Source: Candidatus Micrarchaeia archaeon (GTDB lineage Archaea; Micrarchaeota; Micrarchaeia; CABMEP01). Taken from it: a stretch of DNA of 47,475 nt. Below the pieces are notes generated by a model. That model made no database searches. It was not told the origin of the DNA and saw only the letters and a list, made by a program, of their open reading frames with translations. The translations under genes and the position numbers were made by a program. Each line of letters starts with the position of its first letter. The stretch's first letter is position 1. Below, one piece after another: positions 18,083 through 27,457 of this stretch. The DNA is taken from positions 74,791 through 122,265 of the forward strand of contig JAVZRC010000001.1 in the NCBI GenBank assembly GCA_038880755.1. The letters run 5' to 3'.

Positions 18083-20908
18083 TTATTCGATTTTACCTAT
18101 TATCACTTTTTGTAGTTCAACAGGAGGAATCGCATTTGCCATTTCTATAGCAAATGAAAGTTTTGTTTCGCTTTCAGATACGATTTCAAATAAAGTATCT
18201 CCAGGATTAACTTTATCACCCATTTCACAATGTAGTATTATTCCTGCTCCTTTATCTTTCGGTGCGCCAGCAACTCTAGCTATTTTATTTATATATTTGT
18301 TGTCAACGTGCGATACTCTTCCTCCCTTTTCTGCTTTAATTGCATATCTATAATGACCGATTGGAATATCATCCTCCTTTACATTTGGATTTCCACCTTG
18401 TGCCTCTACAATTTCTTTGAATTTTTCATATGCCTTTCCACTTTTTATTATGTTAAACGCATAATCAGCACCTTTTCCAACAGGTGCCTTTCCAAGCATT
18501 TCTAAGATACTTCCAGCCATAAGGCAACTCTTCTCCCTCAATTCCTCTCCATCTTTCATTTTAAGTGCTTTAAGCACTTCAAGGCATTCAAGACCCGGAC
18601 CTATGCCAAATCCTATTGGATCAGATCCATCAGTTATGAGGCATCGCGTCTTTATTCCAAGCTGTTCACTAATTTGCAGAAAATCATTCGCTAGCAATTT
18701 TCCTTCTGATTCATTTTCAACTTTTGCACCTCTTCCCACAGGAATGTCAACAATTAGATACTCTGCGCCTACCGCTTTCTTCTTTCCCAAGATAGACGCC
18801 AATAAAAGACCTTTTGGATCTAGGTGCAACGAATTTCTTATTCTGATTAATTTGTCGTCTACTGGTGCTAGATTTATCGCGCCTCCCCATGCAATACATC
18901 CATGTGTTTTAAGAACAACTTTTCTCAATTCTTCAATGGGAAGAACAACAGGTGCAAAAACCTCAAATGTATCTGCAGTTCCGGATGCAGATGAAATAGC
19001 TCTCGAAGACGTTTTCGGAATATATACTCCGGCAGCTGCAAGAATAGGAACAATTAACATTGTAGTTCTGTTTCCCGCAACTCCTCCTATACAATTATGC
19101 ACTGCAATTGGCGCAGTTCCAGCCATGAATCTATGATAATTATCAACTTTAATATCATATACATATTCTGTATTAGGTTTTATGAGTTCGATTCTTTTAA
19201 TGCGTAAAACAGACAACTGTCCTCTTATGAATTTCCTAACATCTTCGCTTTTAATATAGGCCATAATGCGTGATAGTTTTTCCTTTGTTATATACTTTTG
19301 TTCTTTTAATAGCTTTCTAAAACGCCAATCGATTTTATTTTTATCGATCTCTCCAATTTCTTTTATCGGCAGTAGATTGAGAAATGAGACATTCGGTTTC
19401 TTTCTCTCACCAAAGATTTGGCGTGCTTGTGTGTATACATAATACGATTCTTGAGTCATTGCATTTTGTTTTGGAAATTTTCTTTTCTTTCCTGCAGACA
19501 TCGACAATGTGGCCGAACATCCCATCAAGCTAAGCAAGTACTGTAATCCTATTGCCATATTCTTTGATGAAGTCACATAAATAGCTTCGTATCCTCTTCT
19601 CACATATCTATCTCCAGCAAATAACGCCTTTATGAACTCTTTTTTCATTTCTTCATCTAAATCAAAAATGAATGATGGAATCTGTTTATTGAGTGCATTG
19701 TTTCCAGCTTTCAGTTTTTCAAATTCCTTTGCAAGTTTTTGGTCATAAATACATATGTGGATTGCGGTTTTATTAGGCCTATTAATTGTCGGTTCTTTTC
19801 CAAATAAATGCTTAATGCATGCAATCGCATCTTCGATAAGTTCCTTTTCATGAGAACCAAAATTCAGGAAGATGCCTTGAGAATTAGTAAATCCTTCTGC
19901 AAGGTAATATCCCAAAAATCTCATAAATTCATGATCGATCTTTATTTCTTTATCTCCAATGCAAATCCTTTCCGGTTTTTCTTTGTTTTCATTTTTGAAT
20001 CCAGAAGGTACGACCACATAATCTCCAACTTTTAATTCCTTCGCCATGATGTTGGTTATCTTTCCATTTTTTAGAATAAAAACAGTATGGTCGGAAGTCA
20101 CAGCGATGTTTCTATTTCCAACTAATGAGATTTTATAAAGTTTATCCGGTGCCTTCACTCGAAATACACCAGAAACAGGTTTGAATGAAACATTTCCTTC
20201 GTCATCAAATACAAGGGTCTGGAGTCCGTTTAAATTTTTATTAGTAAATTCCGCACCATCATCATTTATAATTTCATCTGGCTTGCATCGATCAAATATT
20301 TTGTCAATTGCATCACCAATGTTGACAACCTTTGCTTCTCCACTATTCTTTATTAAGACAGGCACATCTCCAGCCAGGCAATGCTTATCTGCAATTGGAT
20401 GGACACCAAGATCTAAGGTTGTTCCCGTTTCAACCATTGCCTTTGCCAATGCCACAGTTTCTCCTATTCCAAATCCATTTATATATGCAGCAGCAACAAA
20501 TGATGCAAGTTCACCTTCACTTAATCTATTTTCAACTGTTTCTTTTACTATAGTATATATCTCGTTTTCAGTAAGCGATTCTCTATCCATTTTTTTCTTT
20601 ATATATTCTAATGATTTTGGAACCGGGATATGTTGTATTTCTACAATGTCCCCATCTTTAACTTTCAATTGTTTTGCTATATCTTTATAAATTGCCACGT
20701 CTCCTTTTTTAACCATTGTTCCTGATGTATCTATTATAGATATTACTTCTTTTCCTTTGTATTTTATACTCACTCTGTCAGATATGTAAATATCATTATA
20801 AGTTGCTTCTTCCTCATTAAGAATAGCTATATTTTTTCCAGCTTCTATGTCCAATATTCTTACTTTGAATCTATGAATTCTGTGTGGAATTTCTTTGTTT
20901 ATTTTCAT
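18083..20908 (-). CDS. AMP phosphorylase (archaeal thymidine phosphorylase family) precursor with an intein (spliced extein 512 aa)
   Basis: DKH|CIGGVAGN, PKTSSRAISSASGTAD, WGGAINLAPVDD, ASILGKK, AGAPKDKGAG; adjacent to ribose-1,5-bisphosphate isomerase. Confidence 0.93.
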   Translation of the reverse strand: MKINKEIPHRIHRFKVRILDIEAGKNIAILNEEEATYNDIYISDRVSIKYKGKEVISIIDTSGTMVKKGDVAIYKDIAKQLKVKDGDIVEIQHIPVPKSLEYIKKKMDRESLTENEIYTIVKETVENRLSEGELASFVAAAYINGFGIGETVALAKAMVETGTTLDLGVHPIADKHCLAGDVPVLIKNSGEAKVVNIGDAIDKIFDRCKPDEIINDDGAEFTNKNLNGLQTLVFDDEGNVSFKPVSGVFRVKAPDKLYKISLVGNRNIAVTSDHTVFILKNGKITNIMAKELKVGDYVVVPSGFKNENKEKPERICIGDKEIKIDHEFMRFLGYYLAEGFTNSQGIFLNFGSHEKELIEDAIACIKHLFGKEPTINRPNKTAIHICIYDQKLAKEFEKLKAGNNALNKQIPSFIFDLDEEMKKEFIKALFAGDRYVRRGYEAIYVTSSKNMAIGLQYLLSLMGCSATLSMSAGKKRKFPKQNAMTQESYYVYTQARQIFGERKKPNVSFLNLLPIKEIGEIDKNKIDWRFRKLLKEQKYITKEKLSRIMAYIKSEDVRKFIRGQLSVLRIKRIELIKPNTEYVYDIKVDNYHRFMAGTAPIAVHNCIGGVAGNRTTMLIVPILAAAGVYIPKTSSRAISSASGTADTFEVFAPVVLPIEELRKVVLKTHGCIAWGGAINLAPVDDKLIRIRNSLHLDPKGLLLASILGKKKAVGAEYLIVDIPVGRGAKVENESEGKLLANDFLQISEQLGIKTRCLITDGSDPIGFGIGPGLECLEVLKALKMKDGEELREKSCLMAGSILEMLGKAPVGKGADYAFNIIKSGKAYEKFKEIVEAQGGNPNVKEDDIPIGHYRYAIKAEKGGRVSHVDNKYINKIARVAGAPKDKGAGIILHCEMGDKVNPGDTLFEIVSESETKLSFAIEMANAIPPVELQKVIIGKIE
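19094..20380 (-). mobile_element. Intein (429 aa) with LAGLIDADG-type endonuclease, inside AMP phosphorylase
   Basis: Begins CLAGDV (Cys177); block B VTSDHTV; FLGYYLAEG and FIKALFAGDR; ends YVYDIKV...IAVHN before C+1. Confidence 0.95.
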
Positions 20909-20935
20909 GTTCTCACCATTCGGATGATTATTAAT

Positions 20936-21841
20936 TTATTCATTTTGCAGATATCTTTCAACCGCACTCATTATATTTTGTGGAGGTATTATACCTAATT
21001 CAGTGATGTATGCTCTTATATATGGGGGAGGTGTAATATCAAAAGCAGGATTAATAACTTTCAATCCTTTTATCTTTTTGGCAAGAACTTCTTTTGGATC
21101 TCTCATTTCTATTTCTGTCATCTTTCCAAACTTAGTGAGCGGATCAAACTTATATATCTGAGTGGCAGAATAGAATGGGACCTTCATATCATTCGCTACG
21201 GTTGCAATAGTAGATGTTCCTATCTTATTGTATAATGATCCATCTGTAGCTATAGCATCTGCACCAACAATTACTATGTTAACATCTTTCATAACATGTC
21301 TAACAGCTGAGTCAATTATAAGGGTTACATCTACACCAGCAGAGGCAAGCTGCTTTGCAGTGATGTGGCCCTGATAGAGAGGTCGCGTTTCCGTGCAGTA
21401 TACTTTTATTTTCTTTTTCTTATTTGCTCGTATGAGAATGCTGTTAACTGTTGTACTATGGCAATGAGTTAAGATAACTTGGTTGTCCCAAATCATTTCT
21501 GACCCATATTCAGTTATTTTTAGAAATGATTCAGTAAACATTTTGTCATATATCTTCATGGTTTCTTCTGCAATTTTCTTTATTTCTTCTACATCTTTCC
21601 CTTTTTCAAGCCTTGCAAAAAAGAATCTAAGCGTGTTTCTAGCCATGGGTTCAGTTGGTCTTAGCGAAAGAAGTTTCTCACTTATTTTTTCTATTTCATT
21701 CAGAATCTCCTCTCTTGTTTTTGCATTGCTTTTTTGAATGCTAATTACCAATGCCTTTGCAGTAGCTTCTGCAACTCTTCTTGCACCTTGAATTTTCAAC
21801 GCTTTTATATCACGCATTATTCTTTTAACTTCTATTGCCAT
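20936..21841 (-). CDS. Ribose-1,5-bisphosphate isomerase (eIF2B-like family)
   Basis: IQGA, RPTEP, THCHS, ETRP, GADA, NKIGT and NPAFD motifs; co-oriented with AMP phosphorylase. Confidence 0.9.
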   Translation of the reverse strand: MAIEVKRIMRDIKALKIQGARRVAEATAKALVISIQKSNAKTREEILNEIEKISEKLLSLRPTEPMARNTLRFFFARLEKGKDVEEIKKIAEETMKIYDKMFTESFLKITEYGSEMIWDNQVILTHCHSTTVNSILIRANKKKKIKVYCTETRPLYQGHITAKQLASAGVDVTLIIDSAVRHVMKDVNIVIVGADAIATDGSLYNKIGTSTIATVANDMKVPFYSATQIYKFDPLTKFGKMTEIEMRDPKEVLAKKIKGLKVINPAFDITPPPYIRAYITELGIIPPQNIMSAVERYLQNE

Positions 21842-21943
21842 AATTCTATTCTTTCAGATATAATTTTAAACTTTAACTGTTTAAAAAACGAAGCTTTAAA
21901 ATTTAAATGTATATAATATTATTTAGTAAGCGACCGTGATTTT

Positions 21944-23080
21944 ATGGTTGAATCCCTCAAACAAATCGTGGACGTTCCTTTAAGTGGAGGAATGAATTTC
22001 CAAAATTTTGATGATCTTTCGGAAGATGATAAAGAACTTCTTAAATTTTATGAGTCATCCAAGCCTAAAATATATGTTTTAGGTATGGGTGGAAGCGGTA
22101 GCAATACTGTGAATAGATTATCTCAAATAGGAATCAAAGGAGCAAATATAATTGCAATGAATACTGATGTGCAACATCTTCTTCATATCAAAGCAGATAA
22201 AAAAATACTATTGGGAAAAACAACAACAAGAGGGATAGGTGCAGGTAGTGATCCAGAAGTAGGTGAAGCAGCTGCAACAGAATCTATTGAAGACATTAAG
22301 CGTGCAATTTCTGATGCTTCTCTAGTGTTTGTAACTTGTGGTTTAGGGGGTGGAACGGGAACAGGTTCTGCTCCAGTAGCAGCGAAGGTTGCTAAAGAAA
22401 TGGGCGCGTTAGTTGTAGCAGTCGTAACCCTCCCGTTCACTTCAGAAGGAGAAAAGAGAAGGCAAAATGCCATGAAGGGTTTAGAAAAACTAAAGAAATC
22501 TGTCGATACTCTTATTGTAATACCTAATGATAAGCTTCTTGCAGTTGTGCCAGATCTTCCTTTAGATGCTGCATTCAGAGTTTCAGATGAAGTGCTTGCA
22601 AAATCTGTCAAAGGAATAGCTGAACTGATCACTGTTTCCGGTCTTATTAATCTAGATCTTGCAGATCTTAAAACAATTCTAAAGGATGGCGGTTATGCAA
22701 TGATCGGGGTTGGAGAATCGAGTGTTGATTCTTCTTATGATGAAAGAGCCCTTCTTGCTGCAAATACAGCTCTTAAGAGCCCACTTCTTGATGTTGACAT
22801 ATCAACTTCAAACAGGGCGATTATTAATGTTGTTGGTGGAGAGGATATGACATTAAGAGAAGCTGAACTTATAGCAAGAGAAGTATCTAAGCAGATAGCA
22901 AAGGATTCCCATATAATCTGGGGTGCAAGAGTTGATAAATCTATGAAAAGGTCCCAAATTCAAGTTTTGGTTGTACTTGTTGGTGTTAATGCAGGAAATG
23001 TTAATGGAAAAACAGATAAGGTAAAAGTTGCTGAAGAACTCGAAGAAATAGATCTGAATGATCTAGATCTTGCATTGTAG
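21944..23080 (+). CDS. ftsZ: Cell division protein FtsZ
   Basis: GGSGSN, NTD, GGGTGTG tubulin signature, INLDLAD. Confidence 0.97.
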   Translation: MVESLKQIVDVPLSGGMNFQNFDDLSEDDKELLKFYESSKPKIYVLGMGGSGSNTVNRLSQIGIKGANIIAMNTDVQHLLHIKADKKILLGKTTTRGIGAGSDPEVGEAAATESIEDIKRAISDASLVFVTCGLGGGTGTGSAPVAAKVAKEMGALVVAVVTLPFTSEGEKRRQNAMKGLEKLKKSVDTLIVIPNDKLLAVVPDLPLDAAFRVSDEVLAKSVKGIAELITVSGLINLDLADLKTILKDGGYAMIGVGESSVDSSYDERALLAANTALKSPLLDVDISTSNRAIINVVGGEDMTLREAELIAREVSKQIAKDSHIIWGARVDKSMKRSQIQVLVVLVGVNAGNVNGKTDKVKVAEELEEIDLNDLDLAL

Positions 23081-23222
23081 GAAAACAGTCTCTGATTATT
23101 TGACACTAAGCACATATTTTTATTTCTTTTTATTATATACTATTATATCTTAATGTCTATTTATAATTGTAAATGATTATGAATAGGATGATTTGTATTT
23201 AACCTATTTTAAAGGTGTTAAG

Positions 23223-23408
23223 ATGTCACTCATTAAAGGATTAAAGGAGTTTTATGATAAGGCAGTATATGTATGGAGGGCAAGCAAGAAACCTTCTCAG
23301 AAAGAATTAAATGAAAACCTTAAGATAGTACTATTAGGAGTTCTTATATTGGGGATCATAGGTTTCATAATATCAATAATATTCAGTTTCTTACAATTTT
23401 CACAATGA
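23223..23408 (+). CDS. secE: Protein translocase SecE / Sec61-gamma
   Basis: SKKPSxKE plus a single TM helix; ATG at 23223 preceded by AAGGTG; lies between ftsZ and spt5. Confidence 0.9.
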   Translation: MSLIKGLKEFYDKAVYVWRASKKPSQKELNENLKIVLLGVLILGIIGFIISIIFSFLQFSQ

Positions 23409-23421
23409 ATTGGGTGAAATT

Positions 23422-23868
23422 ATGATATTTGCATATAGGGTAACTTCAGGACAGGAACATATAGTTTTAGAGATGCTTACACATAAGGCTGAAAAGATGA
23501 AAGATTCGATAGGTGCAATAGTAAGATTTCCAGAAGTAAAAGGTTATATATTTATAGAATCATCTGATATCTCTGCAGCAAAGACTATCTCTCAAGGCAT
23601 TAGACATATAAAAGGAATGATTTCAAAACCAGTCGATCTTAATGAAATGACCAAGCTTATAGAAGAAGGTGTGCAATCGGTCAAGCTTGGAAAGGGAGAT
23701 ATAATTGAATTTACTTCAGGACCATTCAAGGGTGAAAGAGGAAAAATAATGAGAATAGATGAAACAAAAGATACAATAACTGTAGAGCTTATAGATGTTG
23801 CAGTTTCTGTTCCTGTAACAGCTAAGATCAGTACAGTAAAGATAATACAAAAAGCAGAAGAAGAGTAA
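23422..23868 (+). CDS. spt5: Transcription elongation factor Spt5/NusG
   Basis: TSGQE, KGYIFIE and KOW motif GPFKGERG; ATG at 23422 after GGGTGA. Confidence 0.95.
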   Translation: MIFAYRVTSGQEHIVLEMLTHKAEKMKDSIGAIVRFPEVKGYIFIESSDISAAKTISQGIRHIKGMISKPVDLNEMTKLIEEGVQSVKLGKGDIIEFTSGPFKGERGKIMRIDETKDTITVELIDVAVSVPVTAKISTVKIIQKAEEE

Positions 23869-23954
23869 TCTGCTTAAATTAATGTTTATAGAAAGCTAGA
23901 CGATGGCTAAATATCTAGTAAATAAAAAGTTAGAATTAGATAATAGGTGAGTAT

Positions 23955-24443
23955 ATGGCTGAAATTACAGTTTCGCTTCTTGTAGAAGGAGGAAGGGCTT
24001 CCGGAGGACCACCATTAGCAACTTCAATAGGACCTCTTGGAATAAATGTCAATAATATTGTTAAGGAAATAAATGAAAAAACAAAAGATTTTGCAGGAGT
24101 AACAGTTCCAGTAAAAGTAATAGTAAATAAAGAGAACAAATCATATAAAATTGAAATCGGGATGCCTGCAGTAGCTTCTTTGATAAAGAAAGAAATAGGG
24201 ATAGAAAAAGGAGCAAAGGCAGAACCAGGACAGAAGCCAGCACCGGTGGGAGACATCAGCTTTGACAAGGTTGTTAAGATCGCGAAGATAAAGATCGGGT
24301 CAACAAATGCAACAGAGCTTAAGTCAGCTGTTCTTTCAGTTCTAGGAACATGTTTAAGTGTAGGAGTTACATGTGAAGGGCAGGATCCAAGAGTAATAGC
24401 AAAGAAAGTTAAGAAAGGAGAATATGATGCAAGCATCAAGTGA
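23955..24443 (+). CDS. rpl11: 50S ribosomal protein uL11
   Basis: GGRASGGPPL, VPVKV and GTCLSVGV motifs. Confidence 0.97.
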   Translation: MAEITVSLLVEGGRASGGPPLATSIGPLGINVNNIVKEINEKTKDFAGVTVPVKVIVNKENKSYKIEIGMPAVASLIKKEIGIEKGAKAEPGQKPAPVGDISFDKVVKIAKIKIGSTNATELKSAVLSVLGTCLSVGVTCEGQDPRVIAKKVKKGEYDASIK

Positions 24444-24449
24444 GGTTAA

Positions 24450-26156
24450 ATGAAAACGAAGTTGAAAATGAAGTTTGCACAGAATGGATTATCTGTAAAG
24501 ACACAAAGTTGCAGAATATTCTCTATTTTAATTTTTATTTTATTATCTTTTTCTTTTTTGTCTTCATTTCCAGTTGATGTGAAATGGAAGGTTCAAACAA
24601 CTCAGACTTCAACAGCACCAGTAATTGGAGAGGACTATTTATTTTCAATCTCAGACGCTGGAAATGTGGTAGCATTTAATCGCTTTACAATGTCAAGAGT
24701 TTGGAACTTAGATTTGGGCAAAAGCGTGAAGTATCAATCAAGTTTCATAAGTAATATTCTTTTCGTTCCAGCCGAAAATATATTATTTGCAGTTTCAAAA
24801 GACGGTCGTATAGTAGGAAATATATCATTTAATTCCACTATCTCTACTCCAGTTATTCAGGTAGGTTCAAACTTAGTGGTTGCAACAAGAGATGGAAATG
24901 TATATATAATCTCGCAACCAGGTAATACATTTACAAATAAAAATATAATAAAAACAAATAAATTAGATGGAGAAATAGATTCTTCGTTTGCATTAAGTGG
25001 AAATAAGATTTTTGTAGCTACAGTCAGCGGCAAGATTTACTCAATAGATCCGACCGGTTCTTCAGTTCTTCTATATGATCTTGGGTATTCAGTCTGGAGA
25101 TCAAGACTTGCCATCACTAATAATACAATTTATGTCCCAGCCGAGCATTCATTATACGCAGTTGACATGCAGGGCAAGCTCATCATTGTAAAAAGAATTG
25201 CAGACGGCAATCTCAATTCAATAGCAACAGACGGAGAGAGGCTTTATGCAGGTTCAGATGATGGTTATTTGTATTCTTTGGATCTTGAAGGCAATGCCAT
25301 TTGGAAGTTCAAAACAAACAATTCAATAAAAAGCATTCCAGTTATTCTTCAAGATTCAATAATCATCTCTTCCAGGGATAACAATATATACAGCATAAGT
25401 AAGGAAGGAAGGCTTAAATGGAACATTTCGGTTTCAGACTGGCCAAGCGAAATAGTAGAAGAAAAAGGAATTTTTTATTTCACTACATATGATGGAGCAG
25501 TTTATGCAGTCTCATTACTTTCATGTCAAATAACAAATCCGGAAGTCAGTTCTACAATTCTTCCAATTGTTGCAGTAGCGGGTGATGCTTATTCAGAGAA
25601 TGGAGTAAAATCAGTTCAAGTAAGAACACTGCCGGGAGAATGGCAATCTGTTAGTTTGCATGGAGATGGAAATAATTTAAGTTGGTCTGGAAATATTCAG
25701 ATTACAGGATTTACAGAAGGGGAAGTATCTCTTCAGTGTAGAGTAATAGACAAATATGATAATCAAGAACAACCCCCTTATTTTACTTCAACTTATAATT
25801 TTGTTTTCTCAGAAGAAAAACTTCCTAAGATAAACGTTTCTTATCCTTTACAAGTTAATGTTAATCAACCGATTATAATAAAATTCTTTACTACCGAAGG
25901 AGCCATCTTAACAGATGTTAATGTAAAAATTGGCGGAGAAACATTCAAAGTGACAGATAAATCAGGACAGTTTACATACACTCCTACAAAAGAGGGAGAC
26001 TTAACTATTTATATTGAAAAATCAGGTTATCAACAGAGACAAATACAAATAAAAGTTACAAAACCTTTAATTCAACCGATATATGTAGTGATAATATTTA
26101 TTGTTGCAGTAGCGATAGTCATATACTCCTCAATAAGAAAAGGAACTTGGAAATAA
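24450..26156 (+). CDS. Secreted, membrane-anchored PQQ-type beta-propeller protein with Ig-like domains
   Basis: Signal-like N-terminus; repeated DGxxYxx...W propeller blades; beta-rich C-terminal domains; C-terminal TM anchor. Confidence 0.8.
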   Translation: MKTKLKMKFAQNGLSVKTQSCRIFSILIFILLSFSFLSSFPVDVKWKVQTTQTSTAPVIGEDYLFSISDAGNVVAFNRFTMSRVWNLDLGKSVKYQSSFISNILFVPAENILFAVSKDGRIVGNISFNSTISTPVIQVGSNLVVATRDGNVYIISQPGNTFTNKNIIKTNKLDGEIDSSFALSGNKIFVATVSGKIYSIDPTGSSVLLYDLGYSVWRSRLAITNNTIYVPAEHSLYAVDMQGKLIIVKRIADGNLNSIATDGERLYAGSDDGYLYSLDLEGNAIWKFKTNNSIKSIPVILQDSIIISSRDNNIYSISKEGRLKWNISVSDWPSEIVEEKGIFYFTTYDGAVYAVSLLSCQITNPEVSSTILPIVAVAGDAYSENGVKSVQVRTLPGEWQSVSLHGDGNNLSWSGNIQITGFTEGEVSLQCRVIDKYDNQEQPPYFTSTYNFVFSEEKLPKINVSYPLQVNVNQPIIIKFFTTEGAILTDVNVKIGGETFKVTDKSGQFTYTPTKEGDLTIYIEKSGYQQRQIQIKVTKPLIQPIYVVIIFIVAVAIVIYSSIRKGTWK

Positions 26157-26790
26157 ATTTTGAATTAATATATCTTTTATTAATCTCATCTAAAATATTT
26201 CTATTTTCATTCCCACTTTTCCAAATAATATAGCTACAGATAAACGTAAGTGAGAGAGTTATTATTGCTACTATTTCTATTCCTTCATTTGGAATCATTG
26301 GACGTGTTCCAATCAAATAATCAAAAGTGTCATTAAGCAAATAGAATACAAATATTAGGACCAAATCTTTTTTCTTTATTTCTAAGCCGGTTAAAGCAAG
26401 TCCTTCCAATGTCAGACCCAAATGTGCAATAAATAAAATCGAGTAAGTAAAAGGATCAGAAAAGAGAAAGTAATTATAATAAAATAGGATTACAAACATA
26501 GTCCATATTCCATATTTAATTGAACCGACTGCAGTGAAATTAGTAAGGAATCTAAATAACCCAAGTAATTTTTGGTTAGTGGGATTTTTTATATTTTCTT
26601 TTTTATATATTTTTCTCACTTTCCAAGTTAGTATAATCCCAACCAATAACGCTTGTAAAGGACAGTCAATTATTAATATCGAGTATAAAAAGTTCCAATC
26701 AGAAAGTTGATCTGAATAGTAGTAGATACCGTATAAAAATCCTATAAAATTTATAACTGCTATAACCAGTAGTAGATTTTCTTCTTGCAT
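26119..26790 (-). CDS. DUF1405-like membrane protein
   Basis: GIYYYSDQL, DCP, KYGIWT, AH and NDTFDY motifs; ATG at 26790 preferred. Confidence 0.75.
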   Translation of the reverse strand: MQEENLLLVIAVINFIGFLYGIYYYSDQLSDWNFLYSILIIDCPLQALLVGIILTWKVRKIYKKENIKNPTNQKLLGLFRFLTNFTAVGSIKYGIWTMFVILFYYNYFLFSDPFTYSILFIAHLGLTLEGLALTGLEIKKKDLVLIFVFYLLNDTFDYLIGTRPMIPNEGIEIVAIITLSLTFICSYIIWKSGNENRNILDEINKRYINSKFISKFLFLLRSI

Positions 26791-26828
26791 TTTGTCACTT
26801 TCTATATTTACAGGATGTATAAGAATCA

Positions 26829-27305
26829 TTATTTAATAATTTTTATAGGCACCCCTCCAACAAAACTGTTTTCTCTAACGTCCTTATTCACAAGGGACAT
26901 TGCAGATATCTTAGCATTATCTCCTATCTTAACTCCTGGAAGTATGGTGCTATTTGCCCCTATCATAACATTTTTACCTATGTCGACATTTCCTATTCTT
27001 AATTCTTCTTGTAAGAATTCATGTGCCAATACTGTAGTATTAAATCCTATTATAGTATTATCTTCTATTTTGATTAATTCAGGAAAAAAGATATCAAATG
27101 TTACACCTAATCCAACCGATACATCCTTACCAATCTTCATTCCAGCCATTTTATAAAGTAATCTTTTGATTGTCAATGAAGGTATGTATTTAGCGAGATA
27201 AATCAATATGAAATTATATATTATTATCAAAGGGTTTTTTACTTTATACCAATAAAGAAGCGAATTTCCTTTTTCAGAGAATCTTATAGATCTGACTCTT
27301 CTCAT
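26829..27305 (-). CDS. Hexapeptide-repeat O-acetyltransferase, YvoF-like
   Basis: Left-handed beta-helix repeats; FPELIKIEDNTIIGFNTTVLAHEF and IGANSTILPGVKIGD match my recollection of B. subtilis YvoF. Confidence 0.8.
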   Translation of the reverse strand: MRRVRSIRFSEKGNSLLYWYKVKNPLIIIYNFILIYLAKYIPSLTIKRLLYKMAGMKIGKDVSVGLGVTFDIFFPELIKIEDNTIIGFNTTVLAHEFLQEELRIGNVDIGKNVMIGANSTILPGVKIGDNAKISAMSLVNKDVRENSFVGGVPIKIIK

Positions 27306-27422
27306 TTAATCACTCTTTTAGTCACTTAGTTTAATCCATGAAACAATAATATTTTTAAATTATCGCATTGTATATATCTTATCTATTATAGTAATAAATA
27401 CGCACAGATCTTTATATCTGTT

Positions 27423-27451
27423 GCCCGTATAACCGCATTCTGCGGGAGGGT
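27423..27451 (+). promoter_or_regulatory. Putative L1-binding autoregulatory RNA structure overlapping the rpl1 RBS
   Basis: GCCC-GTATAA-CCGCA-TTC-TGCGG-GA-GGGT: two helices separated by an asymmetric internal loop, covering GGAGG 7-13 nt upstream of the ATG. Confidence 0.6.
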
Positions 27452-27457
27452 GTTTAG

